Shown here one piece after another: positions 19,589 to 29,108 of a stretch of DNA of 64,000 bases. A program made the position numbers and the translations under genes. The notes under the pieces are model-generated. The model made no database searches. It had not been told where the DNA came from and saw only the letters and a program-made list of their open reading frames with translations. Origin of the DNA: Candidatus Woesebacteria bacterium (GTDB lineage: Bacteria; Patescibacteriota; Microgenomatia; UBA8517). Each line of letters starts with the position of its first letter. Within the stretch, counting starts at the first letter, position 1. Location of the stretch: positions 474,906-538,905 of the forward strand of contig CP066686.1 in assembly GCA_016432365.1 (NCBI GenBank). Reading direction: 5' to 3'.

Positions 19589-20942
19589 TTTAATCCTTGC
19601 GTTTGTATTATTTCTTTTCCTGGTTTCCAGAATTTATAAGATTGCTGAAATTCCGGTATCTGTTTATTGGGATGAGGCATCTATAGGCTACAACGCATTT
19701 TCGGTCGCGACTGACCTAAAAGATGAGTGGGGAGACAAGTTACCTTTACATTTCCGAGCTTTCGGAGAATTTAAACTTCCGGTTTATATCTATAGTGTAG
19801 CTGTTTTTGTAAAATTGATCGGACTTAACGAATATGCGGTCAGACTCCCTGCCGTTTTATATTCTTTGGGAACTCTTATTATTGTTTACTTGCTTGTCAA
19901 AAAAATTACCGAAAGGGATGGACCGGCGATCCTCTCCACTTTTATCCTTAGTTTTTCACCCTGGTTTTTTATATTTTCAAGAACCGGCTATGAAGCCACT
20001 GCCGGTCTATTTTTCTTTTTTCTTGCTACCTATTTATTTTTTCTTATCGATAAAAGTAAATATTTGCTTCCGGTTTTAATGGTCGGATTTATTTTATCTT
20101 TTTATAGTTATAACTCTTTTCGGATAATTATCCCTATTTGGTTGGCAATACTTTTTATATATAAATTTCATAATACAATAGCATTAAGGAAAAATTGGTT
20201 ACCGATTTTAATTTCAGTTTTGCTTTTTGGAGTAAGTCTTATTCCTGTTTACAGACTTTATAAATATGACTCAGGTGGGGCACGTTTTGCTCAGGTAGAG
20301 ATAACAAAGAAAAAGGATTTTGTTAAAAACTATTTTTCTCACTTTAGTCCTAAATTCCTTTTTACAACAGGGGATACAAATCCTAGGAGTCAAATTCCTG
20401 GGCATGGACAACTATATTGGTTCGAATTACCGCTTATTCTTGTGGGTGTGTTTGCAATCTTTAGAAGCAAAAAACTGTTCTACTTTATTCCTTTAGTAAT
20501 TCTGCTACTGGCGCCAATCCCCGCCGCCCTTACCAAAGAATCTCCCCACGCTCTTCGCGCTCTACTTGCCGCTCCGTCTTTTGCAATTATCTCGGCTTTC
20601 GGGGTATTTTTTTTAAAGGATAATTTCAAAAAATTTGGCGTTGTAATTTTGTCGGCGGTTGTAATTGCCTACTATTTATTTTTCGAATTTTATATTCAGG
20701 ATTACATTGTCAGATACCCTAAGCAAAGTGCCAGTGCTTGGCAGTTTGAATATAAGCAGATTTTTGAGAAACAAAGAAGTGGTTTTGTTACGGATAGATA
20801 TGCCCAGCCATACATTTTTGCTCTTTACTATTTAAAATATCCTCCGGAAAAATTCAGGGAAGAAGTCAAACTAAACCCTGTCGGTAACTGGGGATTTTCA
20901 AAAGTGGCTTCATTTGACGGCTTTCAATTTACAAATCGATGA
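19578..20942 (+). CDS. ArnT/PMT-like GT-C glycosyltransferase
   Basis: YWDEASIGYNA, DEWG, GEFKLP, SRTGYEA and SPHALR motifs. Confidence 0.85.
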   Translation: MRNNLILAFVLFLFLVSRIYKIAEIPVSVYWDEASIGYNAFSVATDLKDEWGDKLPLHFRAFGEFKLPVYIYSVAVFVKLIGLNEYAVRLPAVLYSLGTLIIVYLLVKKITERDGPAILSTFILSFSPWFFIFSRTGYEATAGLFFFFLATYLFFLIDKSKYLLPVLMVGFILSFYSYNSFRIIIPIWLAILFIYKFHNTIALRKNWLPILISVLLFGVSLIPVYRLYKYDSGGARFAQVEITKKKDFVKNYFSHFSPKFLFTTGDTNPRSQIPGHGQLYWFELPLILVGVFAIFRSKKLFYFIPLVILLLAPIPAALTKESPHALRALLAAPSFAIISAFGVFFLKDNFKKFGVVILSAVVIAYYLFFEFYIQDYIVRYPKQSASAWQFEYKQIFEKQRSGFVTDRYAQPYIFALYYLKYPPEKFREEVKLNPVGNWGFSKVASFDGFQFTNR

Positions 20943-22513
20943 AAAAATTATCTCTTCTGTTTTTGGCGTTAATTGTTATTTTGGGAAGTATTTTAAGATT
21001 TTACAAACTTGATCAAATCCCCCCGTCACTTAATTGGGATGAAGTCGCGGCTGGGTACAACGCTTGGACAATCGTAAATTGGGGAGCGGATGAATATGGG
21101 GCAAAGTTTCCGTTGGTTTTCAGATCATTTGGAGATGATAAACATCCGGTTCATATTTATCTGACTGCTTTGGTGTATAAAGCTTTTGGAATTTCAGATT
21201 ACAATACCAGGGCAAGTAGTGCAGCTGTTGGGGTTTTGAGTATCGTTGCAATTTATCTTTTGGCAAAGATATTATTTAAAAGTGAGGTAGCAGGTCTTTT
21301 TGCCGCACTATTTATGAGCACTTCCCCGTACGCAATTCACTACTCGAGAGGTCTGTGGGAGGCTAATTTTGCTGTATTTTTCTTTCTGGCCGGTTGTGCT
21401 ATATTTTATTTGGGTTTAACAAAGGCAAAATGGTTGGTTCCATTTTCGTTTCTATTTTGGGGAATAAGTATTTTTGCTTATCAAGCGGCCGAAATAGTTG
21501 TTCCTCCGATTGTTTTTCTTCTTTGTTTGATTCATGTAAAAGAATTTCTTAGTAACAAAAAAACTTTGATTTTGTCTGCCTCAATTGTGTTGTTTTTTGC
21601 AGGGCTGGTTATTATGGATCCAAGGATTTTGGGGTTTGCCAGAATAAACCAAACTAAATTCTCTGAGGAGGTGGTTAATAAATACGGCGGAGAAGTAAAC
21701 ATCTTTTTACATAATTATAAAGAATATTTTACTTATTCTTATCTGTTTCAAACGGGCGATGTCGGCCCGAGAGCTTCGGTCAAGGTAATTGGAGAATTCT
21801 ACAAAATAGACCTAATAATGTCTACTATCGGGCTGCTTGCAATATTAGTGAAGAAAAGATGGGAGACTTTATTCGTTTTGATATCGTGGCTCCTACTTTC
21901 CCCGATTCCGGGGGTAGTTTCATCGTTGACCCCTCATGCCACGAGAGGCATTTTTATAATGGGTCCTATACTGATATTTTCCGCCGGAGGAGCTGCCTGG
22001 GTGGTTGAATTATTTAGGAAAAATTGGCTAAAGGTGATCGTATCTGTTGTTATAATCTCGTTCTTAAGTTTTGAGGTAAAAAATTATGTTGTGTATTATT
22101 TTGGGGAATATGCAAAAAATGAGGCTATTGAATGGCAATACGGCATGAAACAATCAGCACTCTATATTGCCGAACATCCTGAATATGTCGAGGTCTTTGT
22201 AGATAAAATTCGTCAGCAACCATACATTTTCTCTCTATACTACTTAAGAGTTCCATTACCCTTATTCTTAAGCACTGTAAGGTATGATCTAAGTCAATCC
22301 AACAGTTTTAATACTGTTTCCTTCTTTTATAAATATAATTTTGGCAATTGGGACCCAATAGAAAGTTATCCTTCTCCGGGAATTTTATATATCATTACAC
22401 CCAGTTTTTATAGTGGTTTGAGGTTTAAAGACTATTTTGATGTCAAAAAACTGGTAAAATACCCTGATGGGTCTGATGCATTTTATTTAGTCGCCGGACA
22501 TGAAAAAAAATAA
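20939..22513 (+). CDS. ArnT/PMT-like GT-C glycosyltransferase
   Basis: PPSLNWDEVAAGYNA, DEYG, GDDKHP, SRGLWEA and PHATR motifs. Confidence 0.85.
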   Translation: MKKLSLLFLALIVILGSILRFYKLDQIPPSLNWDEVAAGYNAWTIVNWGADEYGAKFPLVFRSFGDDKHPVHIYLTALVYKAFGISDYNTRASSAAVGVLSIVAIYLLAKILFKSEVAGLFAALFMSTSPYAIHYSRGLWEANFAVFFFLAGCAIFYLGLTKAKWLVPFSFLFWGISIFAYQAAEIVVPPIVFLLCLIHVKEFLSNKKTLILSASIVLFFAGLVIMDPRILGFARINQTKFSEEVVNKYGGEVNIFLHNYKEYFTYSYLFQTGDVGPRASVKVIGEFYKIDLIMSTIGLLAILVKKRWETLFVLISWLLLSPIPGVVSSLTPHATRGIFIMGPILIFSAGGAAWVVELFRKNWLKVIVSVVIISFLSFEVKNYVVYYFGEYAKNEAIEWQYGMKQSALYIAEHPEYVEVFVDKIRQQPYIFSLYYLRVPLPLFLSTVRYDLSQSNSFNTVSFFYKYNFGNWDPIESYPSPGILYIITPSFYSGLRFKDYFDVKKLVKYPDGSDAFYLVAGHEKK

Positions 22514-23378
22514 TCTCACTGTAGTTTTAGCCACAAGAAACGAAGAAATAAATATCGGTAGATGTCTCGAATCGGTAAAATCGATTTCGGATGAAATAAT
22601 AGTGGTAGATGAAAACTCTACGGATAAAACACGTGAGATCGCAAAAGAATACGGGGCAGAAGTTTTTCTTGAACCACACCACGATATCTTCCATATAACT
22701 AAGCAAAAAGCTCTCGAGAAGGCTACAGGCGATTGGGTGTTGCAGCTTGATGCCGATGAAGAAGTCACACCTGATCTTGCTAGAGAAATAAAGGAAGTAA
22801 TAGATATGTCGAATGATGATATCAAGAAGAGATTCGACTTTGATATACGCGAAATGTATCACTTCAAAAAACACCAACGTTTGATTGAAGCGCGTGATGG
22901 AAAAATCGGTCAGGAAACCGGAGAAGTTGTCGCGTTTTTTATACCCCGTCTAAATATTTTTTTGGGACGCCCGTTGAGATACGGAGGGGTTTACCCTGAC
23001 GGGGTAATACGATTGGTTAAAAATGGTAAGGCACGTTTTCCACAAAAGTCTGTCCATGAGCAAATCCAAATAGACGGGGAAGTTTCTTGGCTTTTTAACG
23101 ATCTAAAACACTATGATTCCCCCACAATGAAACGTTATCTTGCAAGGTTTAATCGCTACACAGATCTTAAAGCGAGAGAGTTCATTTCTAAGAGGGTTCC
23201 CAAAAATGCATTATTCGTGATTCTTTATTCATTATTCTATCCCCTCTATACTTTCGTTAATATATATTTCCGTCATAAGGGCTTATTGGATGGGTCACAA
23301 GGCTTTTTATGGGCATTTTTCTCGTCAATGCACTTTCCGGTAGCCTATTATAAATATATAACAAATGGAAACAAATGA
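22500..23378 (+). CDS. GT2 glycosyltransferase (beta-1,4-glucosyltransferase-like)
   Basis: TRNEE..I..CLES, VVDENSTDKT, LQLDADE, YPD...RL and VHE motifs. Confidence 0.85.
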   Translation: MKKNNLTVVLATRNEEINIGRCLESVKSISDEIIVVDENSTDKTREIAKEYGAEVFLEPHHDIFHITKQKALEKATGDWVLQLDADEEVTPDLAREIKEVIDMSNDDIKKRFDFDIREMYHFKKHQRLIEARDGKIGQETGEVVAFFIPRLNIFLGRPLRYGGVYPDGVIRLVKNGKARFPQKSVHEQIQIDGEVSWLFNDLKHYDSPTMKRYLARFNRYTDLKAREFISKRVPKNALFVILYSLFYPLYTFVNIYFRHKGLLDGSQGFLWAFFSSMHFPVAYYKYITNGNK

Positions 23379-24102
23379 ACTGAACGGCAAAATAGCAATA
23401 GTTACGGGCGCGGGAGGTGGGATTGGTAGTGCGTTAGTTAAAAAGCTAACGGAAAAAGGAGTTTTTTGCATAATGGTTGATATGCACGAAAGCTCGAATT
23501 CTAATTTAGTTGAACTGGCTCGTGAAAATAAAGGTGAGTATTTTTCGGTTGATTTAACAGACATACCCGCAATTGATAAATTTTACAACGACGTGGTTGC
23601 TAAATATGACAAAATTGATTTTTTATATAACGTTGCTGGAACGGGAATTTATAAAAAAATCGGCGATCTGACAATTGAAGATTGGAACCTTTCTATCGGT
23701 TTAAACTTAACTGCACCATTTTATCTAACGAAAAAACTTATACCACTACTCCAAAAGTCAGACAAACCTTTGGTATTAAACATTGGGTCTGGCATGGGGG
23801 TGTTTCCTACGGCCGGTAGATCTGCCTACTGTGCTTCAAAGTTTGGTTTGAGAGGATTAACTTTGTCGCTGGCAAAAGAATTTAAAGATGACAAAATCAA
23901 ATTCCAACTTTTGACGTTGGGAAGTGTCATGACAGGTTTTGGAGACGGTGGAGTTGATCACAAAAAAGATCTTCAAAAGACAGGAAAGCAATATCTTACT
24001 ACCGAGTCAGTTTCCGAAAAGATAGTTGGTGCAACTGTCGATAGGAATAGTCCTACTGAAATTGAATTTTACCCCGAGGGATATAAGGAGGAGAACACAT
24101 GA
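23365..24102 (+). CDS. Classical short-chain dehydrogenase/reductase
   Basis: TGAGGGIG cofactor motif, NVAG, and catalytic YCASK. Confidence 0.85.
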   Translation: METNELNGKIAIVTGAGGGIGSALVKKLTEKGVFCIMVDMHESSNSNLVELARENKGEYFSVDLTDIPAIDKFYNDVVAKYDKIDFLYNVAGTGIYKKIGDLTIEDWNLSIGLNLTAPFYLTKKLIPLLQKSDKPLVLNIGSGMGVFPTAGRSAYCASKFGLRGLTLSLAKEFKDDKIKFQLLTLGSVMTGFGDGGVDHKKDLQKTGKQYLTTESVSEKIVGATVDRNSPTEIEFYPEGYKEENT

Positions 24103-25121
24103 AGATTGCAATTGATGCCAGACCACTCGTCTCGGGAGATTCTGTTCGCGGAATAGGTGTTTACACCAGAGAGTTAGTTGATGCATTTAAAAAAAGTAAA
24201 AAAGAATTCAGTGTATTAGATCACAATTTCGATAATATTGAGATTTCCAAATTCGATTTGATTCATTTCACTTCATTCAACCCATACATAATTTCCGTTC
24301 CTTTTATAAAACCTAAAAATACGAAGTTTGTTTTAACTATTTATGATTTGATCCCTCTCATCTACCCCGCACATTATCCGTCCGGAATTAGGGGTGGAAT
24401 TAGGTGGACACTAAATAAATTTCTTATCAAAAAGAACATTGATGCGATTTTGACTATATCCGAGACTTCGAAAAAAGACATTTGCAGGTTTTTGGGTGTG
24501 GACCCCGATATTGTTCATGTTGTTTATCTTGCCCCGCGCCCGGTTTTTAGGAAATTGGACACCGGAAAAGACTGCATCACTCCGTGTGGGAAATCGGAAA
24601 TTAAGAAGAAATATAATTTACCGGATCGATTTGCGCTGTATGTTGGGGACGTTAATTACAATAAAAACATTCCCGGTTTGGTCAAAGCTTGCGTCTTGGC
24701 TAAACTACCCTTGGTAATTGCCGGTAAGCAGGCAAAGGAGATTGAAAATTTAGACTTAAACCATCCGGAACTTAAACACCTTAAAAATATTGATTGGACG
24801 GGAGTTATTAGGCTGGGGTTTGTTCCTGATATAGACCTTGCGGCTATTTATAACCTGGCATATGTTTTTGTTCAACCGTCTTTTTATGAGGGTTTCGGTT
24901 TGGGGGTTTTGGAGGCCATTGCTTGTGGAACGCCGGTTGTAGCTTCAAAGACTCAAGCACTGGTCGAGATTGCTGAAGGTGCTGCCACCTTCGTTAACCC
25001 AGATAATAGTGAAGATATGGCAATCGGTTTAAAAAATTTAGCTAAAAGTCCGAAACTCCCCAGGACTTACTCATGGGAAAAAACCGCCAAGGAAACATGG
25101 GAGGTATACCAAAATGTTTAA
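24099..25121 (+). CDS. GT4 glycosyltransferase (mannosyltransferase MtfB-like)
   Basis: MKIAIDA, RGIGVY, TIYDLIP, NKN, and PSFYEGFGL.VLEA.ACG.PVV motifs. Confidence 0.9.
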   Translation: MKIAIDARPLVSGDSVRGIGVYTRELVDAFKKSKKEFSVLDHNFDNIEISKFDLIHFTSFNPYIISVPFIKPKNTKFVLTIYDLIPLIYPAHYPSGIRGGIRWTLNKFLIKKNIDAILTISETSKKDICRFLGVDPDIVHVVYLAPRPVFRKLDTGKDCITPCGKSEIKKKYNLPDRFALYVGDVNYNKNIPGLVKACVLAKLPLVIAGKQAKEIENLDLNHPELKHLKNIDWTGVIRLGFVPDIDLAAIYNLAYVFVQPSFYEGFGLGVLEAIACGTPVVASKTQALVEIAEGAATFVNPDNSEDMAIGLKNLAKSPKLPRTYSWEKTAKETWEVYQNV

Positions 25122-26259
25122 AAAGATTTTGACCTCTTTTTTGATCTGGCGTGTAGCTCTGTTTTTTGTTGCGTTCTTATCGATCTGTTTTTTACCGGTT
25201 TTCGGTGCCAGATTTCCATATGTAGATAAAGTATTGGAAATAACCCATTTGCCTTACTGGGTTTGGGGATTTGGAAATTTCGACGGAGTCCATTATCTTC
25301 GGATTGCGCAGGACGGTTATCTTGCTCAATATTCCCAGGCTTTTTTCCCGCTTTTTCCAATCTTAATTCGATTTTTTTCCATTATTTTTCCAAGGGTGGT
25401 AAATCTCGATACTGTTTTTTTTACCGATCCGGCCTTTTTTTATTCAGGGATAATTCTTTCTAATTTATTTTTTCTGGCAGCGCTTTACATTTTATTTAAG
25501 TTAATTAATATTGATTTTAAAAAGGAGATTGCTTTTTATACCGTTATCTTTCTTTTGGTATTTCCAACTTCGTTTTTCTTTGGCTCTATATATACTGAAA
25601 GTCTGTTTTTGCTACTCACGGTTTCTTCCATCTATTTTATTAGAAAAGGGAATTTCTTTTGGGGAGCAATCTTGATTTCGCTTGCTACCATAACCAGGAT
25701 CACGGGAGTGCTTCTTATACCATTGTATTTAATAGAGGTGTTTCAAAGTAGGAACAAAATTAACTATATTTGGACTTTGATTGCTCCATTGGGGCTTTTT
25801 GCATATATGTATTTTCTAAAATCTGCCTTCAACGACCCGCTCTACTTTTTGACCGCACAACCCATTTTTGGGGCGGGGAGAAGTGGAACAGATTTAATTC
25901 TTCTTCCCCAGGTAATTTATAGATACATAAAAATATTTTTGACGACAAGCATTGTGACCTTACCATTTTTCAATGCATTTATCGAATTTGTATTTACTCT
26001 AATTCCTCTTACAATTTTGATAGTCTTTTTTAAGAAAATGAGATTTAGTTATTGGTTCTTTTCTCTTAGCTCGCTTTTGCTCCCAACCTTGACCGGTACA
26101 TTTTCTTCGATGCCAAGATATGTCCTTATGTCTATGGTGTTTATTTTTCCCTATTTAATTATCCGGTTTAGAAAATATGTCACGCCTTTTATTCTTGCAT
26201 CGATGGTTTTTGGAATTTTGTTGACCATGCTTTTTGTTAGGGGGTATTGGGTAGCTTAA
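25114..26259 (+). CDS. PIG-V-like (GT76) GT-C mannosyltransferase
   Basis: NFDGVHYLRIAQDGY, AFFPLFP, FPTSFFF.SIYTESLFL, TR..G and SMPRY motifs. Confidence 0.85.
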   Translation: MFKKILTSFLIWRVALFFVAFLSICFLPVFGARFPYVDKVLEITHLPYWVWGFGNFDGVHYLRIAQDGYLAQYSQAFFPLFPILIRFFSIIFPRVVNLDTVFFTDPAFFYSGIILSNLFFLAALYILFKLINIDFKKEIAFYTVIFLLVFPTSFFFGSIYTESLFLLLTVSSIYFIRKGNFFWGAILISLATITRITGVLLIPLYLIEVFQSRNKINYIWTLIAPLGLFAYMYFLKSAFNDPLYFLTAQPIFGAGRSGTDLILLPQVIYRYIKIFLTTSIVTLPFFNAFIEFVFTLIPLTILIVFFKKMRFSYWFFSLSSLLLPTLTGTFSSMPRYVLMSMVFIFPYLIIRFRKYVTPFILASMVFGILLTMLFVRGYWVA

Positions 26260-26261
26260 AT

Positions 26262-27068
26262 ATGAAAATATTAATTACCGGTTCAAAAGGTTTTGTCGGA
26301 ACTCACCTGTCTAGATTGTTGTCAAAAAATCATAAAGTGATTGGTTACGATGTCAAAAACGGCAAAGATATATTTGATACAAAATTATTAAACAACAATC
26401 TGAAAGGTGTTGAAGTCGTCATCCATCTTGCTGCTTACGTTTCCGGACAGGAATCGTGGGAAAAGCCATTGGATTACTTCACGAACAACGGTATTGGAAC
26501 ATTTAAGGTTATTGAGGCTGCAATTAAAAATAAAGTAAAGAGAATTGTCATCTTCTCCTCCGCCGCCGTATATGGAAAACCCCTTACTCCGTACGGAACT
26601 TCAAAAGTTTTTGCAGAAGCGATAGCGACTTCTTACAAAGGCAAGATCGAAACTATTGTTTTGAGACCGTTTAATATTTACGGCAAAGGACAAAATCCGG
26701 CTTACGGTTATGCCATACACAATTTCTATAAAGGTATCAAAAAGGAGGGAAAAATAGAAATATACGGCGACGGTAACCAAACAAGAGATTTTATCTTTAT
26801 CGATGATGTCGTTAAGACAGTTGAGGCGATACTAACGGCTAAGGTGCCGACGGGACCTGTAGATCTGGGGACCGGAAAGGAAGTAAAAATTTTGGATTTG
26901 GCAAAATATATTGGAAAAGTTGCAGGTAAACCTTACACGATTAAGTTTTTGGAATCAAGAAATGAAATTAAGCGAAGCCGGGCAAACATATTGGGGTTAA
27001 ACAGGTTGGGGATTAATGCTAACTTTTTTACGTCCTTAAAAGAGGGACTTAAGATGACCTTGACTTAG
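26262..27068 (+). CDS. NAD-dependent epimerase/dehydratase (extended SDR)
   Basis: TGSKGFVG, SSAAVYG, YGTSK, RPFNIYG and GDGNQTRDF motifs. Start set at ATG 26262. Confidence 0.85.
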   Translation: MKILITGSKGFVGTHLSRLLSKNHKVIGYDVKNGKDIFDTKLLNNNLKGVEVVIHLAAYVSGQESWEKPLDYFTNNGIGTFKVIEAAIKNKVKRIVIFSSAAVYGKPLTPYGTSKVFAEAIATSYKGKIETIVLRPFNIYGKGQNPAYGYAIHNFYKGIKKEGKIEIYGDGNQTRDFIFIDDVVKTVEAILTAKVPTGPVDLGTGKEVKILDLAKYIGKVAGKPYTIKFLESRNEIKRSRANILGLNRLGINANFFTSLKEGLKMTLT

Positions 27069-27073
27069 AATAT

Positions 27074-28348
27074 ATGAAAACACTTAGAAAATTTATTAAT
27101 CACCCCCTTTTTTCAGGCAGCGCCATAATGATTGGCGGCAGCATGACCATTAACGTGGTGAATTATATATACCATCTGGTTATGGGTCGTATTCTTGGCC
27201 CGGTTAATTACGGCGTTCTTGCCAGTCTGTTTTCAATTTTATACATTGTCGGGATCGTACCGTCATCAACTTCAGTTGCCATTGTAAAATTTATTTCTTC
27301 AGCTAAAAATCCCGGAGAAATGATGACAATTTACAATGCACTAAACAAACTCGTTTTCAAATTGGCATCGGCCATATCAATAGTAACAATTATTGCTGCT
27401 CCTTTTATTGCCAACTTTTTACATATTGATAATGTTTTTCTTATTATTCTTATAACCCCGATTTTATTCTTCTCTCTTTTAACCTTAGTTAATCAAGCCA
27501 CTTCGCAGGGTTTATTGAAATTTATGGGATTTGTCTTACCCAATTTTACGTCTTCTCTTGCCAAAATTTGTTTGGGTGTACTATTTGTCATCATGGGTTA
27601 TTCTGTATTCGGTGCAATGATCGGTGTTTTTGCTGGAGGCTTTTTGGCTTTTTTTGTTTCGAAATGGTATATACGTGACATTAAAAAAATAAGGAAGTTT
27701 AAAAAGAAATATAATTTAAAACCATTTTTGAAATATTCACTGCCTGTTTTTTTACAAGCCTTAGCATTCACTTCGATTTTTACAACAGATGTAATTCTTG
27801 TTAAACATTTCTTAACCCCTTTCGATGCCGGAATCTACGCAGCTCTTTCTACGCTTGGTAAAATAGTTTTTTTTGCATCCGCCCCCATTTCTTCTGTGAT
27901 GTTTCCGGTCGTTTCCGGTAGAAGTGCCAAAGGGGAAAAATACTTAGGAATATTTTGGGGTTCGTTTGGCTTGACGCTTGCTGTTTCGGCTGTAGTAGTC
28001 GGTATTTATTATTTCTTCTCGGATTTTGCGATAAATATTCTTTACGGCCCGGCATATTTGTCAGCGTCAATTGATTTGGTCTGGATGGGTCTTTTTATAC
28101 TCGTATACACCCTTGCTTTATTGTTGGTAAATTTTTCACTTTCTCTTGGAAAAACGCGAATAATAGTATTTCCGGTATTGGCTGCGTTTGGACAAGCAAT
28201 ATTGTTATGGATTTTTCATTCAAGTATTTTGGAGGTTATTCAGGTATCGCTTGCCATATGCACCCTCATGCTTTTTGGTGAAGGCGTTTTTTTGGGATAT
28301 AATTCGCGGTATGGCCTGGCCAAAGGAAAACAATATGGAAAAGCCTAA
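27074..28348 (+). CDS. wzx: Wzx-like oligosaccharide flippase (MOP superfamily)
   Basis: About 12 TMs; GRILGP..YG, D...VKHF...AGIYAA...GK...F and MFP..S motifs. Confidence 0.8.
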   Translation: MKTLRKFINHPLFSGSAIMIGGSMTINVVNYIYHLVMGRILGPVNYGVLASLFSILYIVGIVPSSTSVAIVKFISSAKNPGEMMTIYNALNKLVFKLASAISIVTIIAAPFIANFLHIDNVFLIILITPILFFSLLTLVNQATSQGLLKFMGFVLPNFTSSLAKICLGVLFVIMGYSVFGAMIGVFAGGFLAFFVSKWYIRDIKKIRKFKKKYNLKPFLKYSLPVFLQALAFTSIFTTDVILVKHFLTPFDAGIYAALSTLGKIVFFASAPISSVMFPVVSGRSAKGEKYLGIFWGSFGLTLAVSAVVVGIYYFFSDFAINILYGPAYLSASIDLVWMGLFILVYTLALLLVNFSLSLGKTRIIVFPVLAAFGQAILLWIFHSSILEVIQVSLAICTLMLFGEGVFLGYNSRYGLAKGKQYGKA

Positions 28349-29108
28349 GATCAAAATTCTTTCAGTAATTGTCCCCGCCTATAAACAGGAGAAAACCATC
28401 AGGCAGGATTTGGATAATATTTTATCAACATTGGGAGAAGGGTTGGGGAGGGACTACGACTTTGAAGTGATCTGTGTTGTGGACGGCGACATGGACAAGA
28501 CCTTTCGGGAGGCATCAAAAATTAAATCTTCAAAATTGAAAGTGTTTACTTATAAAGTTAATAAAGGCAAGGGTCATGCGGTACGTTTTGGAATGGGAAA
28601 AGCTAAAGGTGAAATAATATCCTTTTTAGATGCCGGAATGGATATAAGTCCAAAAGGGATAATGATGCTTTTGGCGCATATGAATTGGTATGATGCAGAC
28701 ATAATAGTGGGATCAAAAAAACACCCTGTTTCCCGTGTTAATTATCCTCTCTTACGAAAAATCTTGAGTTTGGGTTATCATGTTGGTGTTAAGCTTCTTT
28801 TTAATCTTTCTCTTACGGACACTCAAAGCGGAATAAAAATATTTAAACGAAAAGTCGTTGAGAAAATTCTTCCTCGGCTTCTGGTTAAAAGTTACGCAAT
28901 GGATATCGAAATGCTTTCGGTTGCTAAATATTTGGGCTTCAACAGGATCTTCGAAGCTCCGATAGAGGTACGGTTTAATAAATCCAATAGTGCAATAAAA
29001 TGGTCAACTTCTTTTTGGATGGCTTGGGATACAGCGGCAGTTTTTTACAGACTAAAAATTCTTCATTACTATGATGATGCTAATAGAAAAAGCTGGATAA
29101 CAAGTTAA
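28311..29108 (+). CDS. Polyprenyl-phosphate hexose synthase (DPM/DPG-synthase-like GT2)
   Basis: IVPAYKQE, VVDG, NKGKGHAVR.G, FLDAG, DTQSGIK and MDIEML motifs. Start is 28311 or 28335. Confidence 0.8.
   Translation: MAWPKENNMEKPKIKILSVIVPAYKQEKTIRQDLDNILSTLGEGLGRDYDFEVICVVDGDMDKTFREASKIKSSKLKVFTYKVNKGKGHAVRFGMGKAKGEIISFLDAGMDISPKGIMMLLAHMNWYDADIIVGSKKHPVSRVNYPLLRKILSLGYHVGVKLLFNLSLTDTQSGIKIFKRKVVEKILPRLLVKSYAMDIEMLSVAKYLGFNRIFEAPIEVRFNKSNSAIKWSTSFWMAWDTAAVFYRLKILHYYDDANRKSWITS

Noticed and set aside
22795-22930. Extra ~40-aa segment in the GT2 after the DADE motif as an intein or insertion element
   Set aside because: No intein terminal residues, no hairpin and no GC shift; it reads as ordinary helical protein.
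23365-24102. SDR as a DprE2-like enzyme supplying arabinose to the AftD-like GTs
   Set aside because: Only generic SDR motifs are present, and no DprE1 or UbiA-type partner is in the window.
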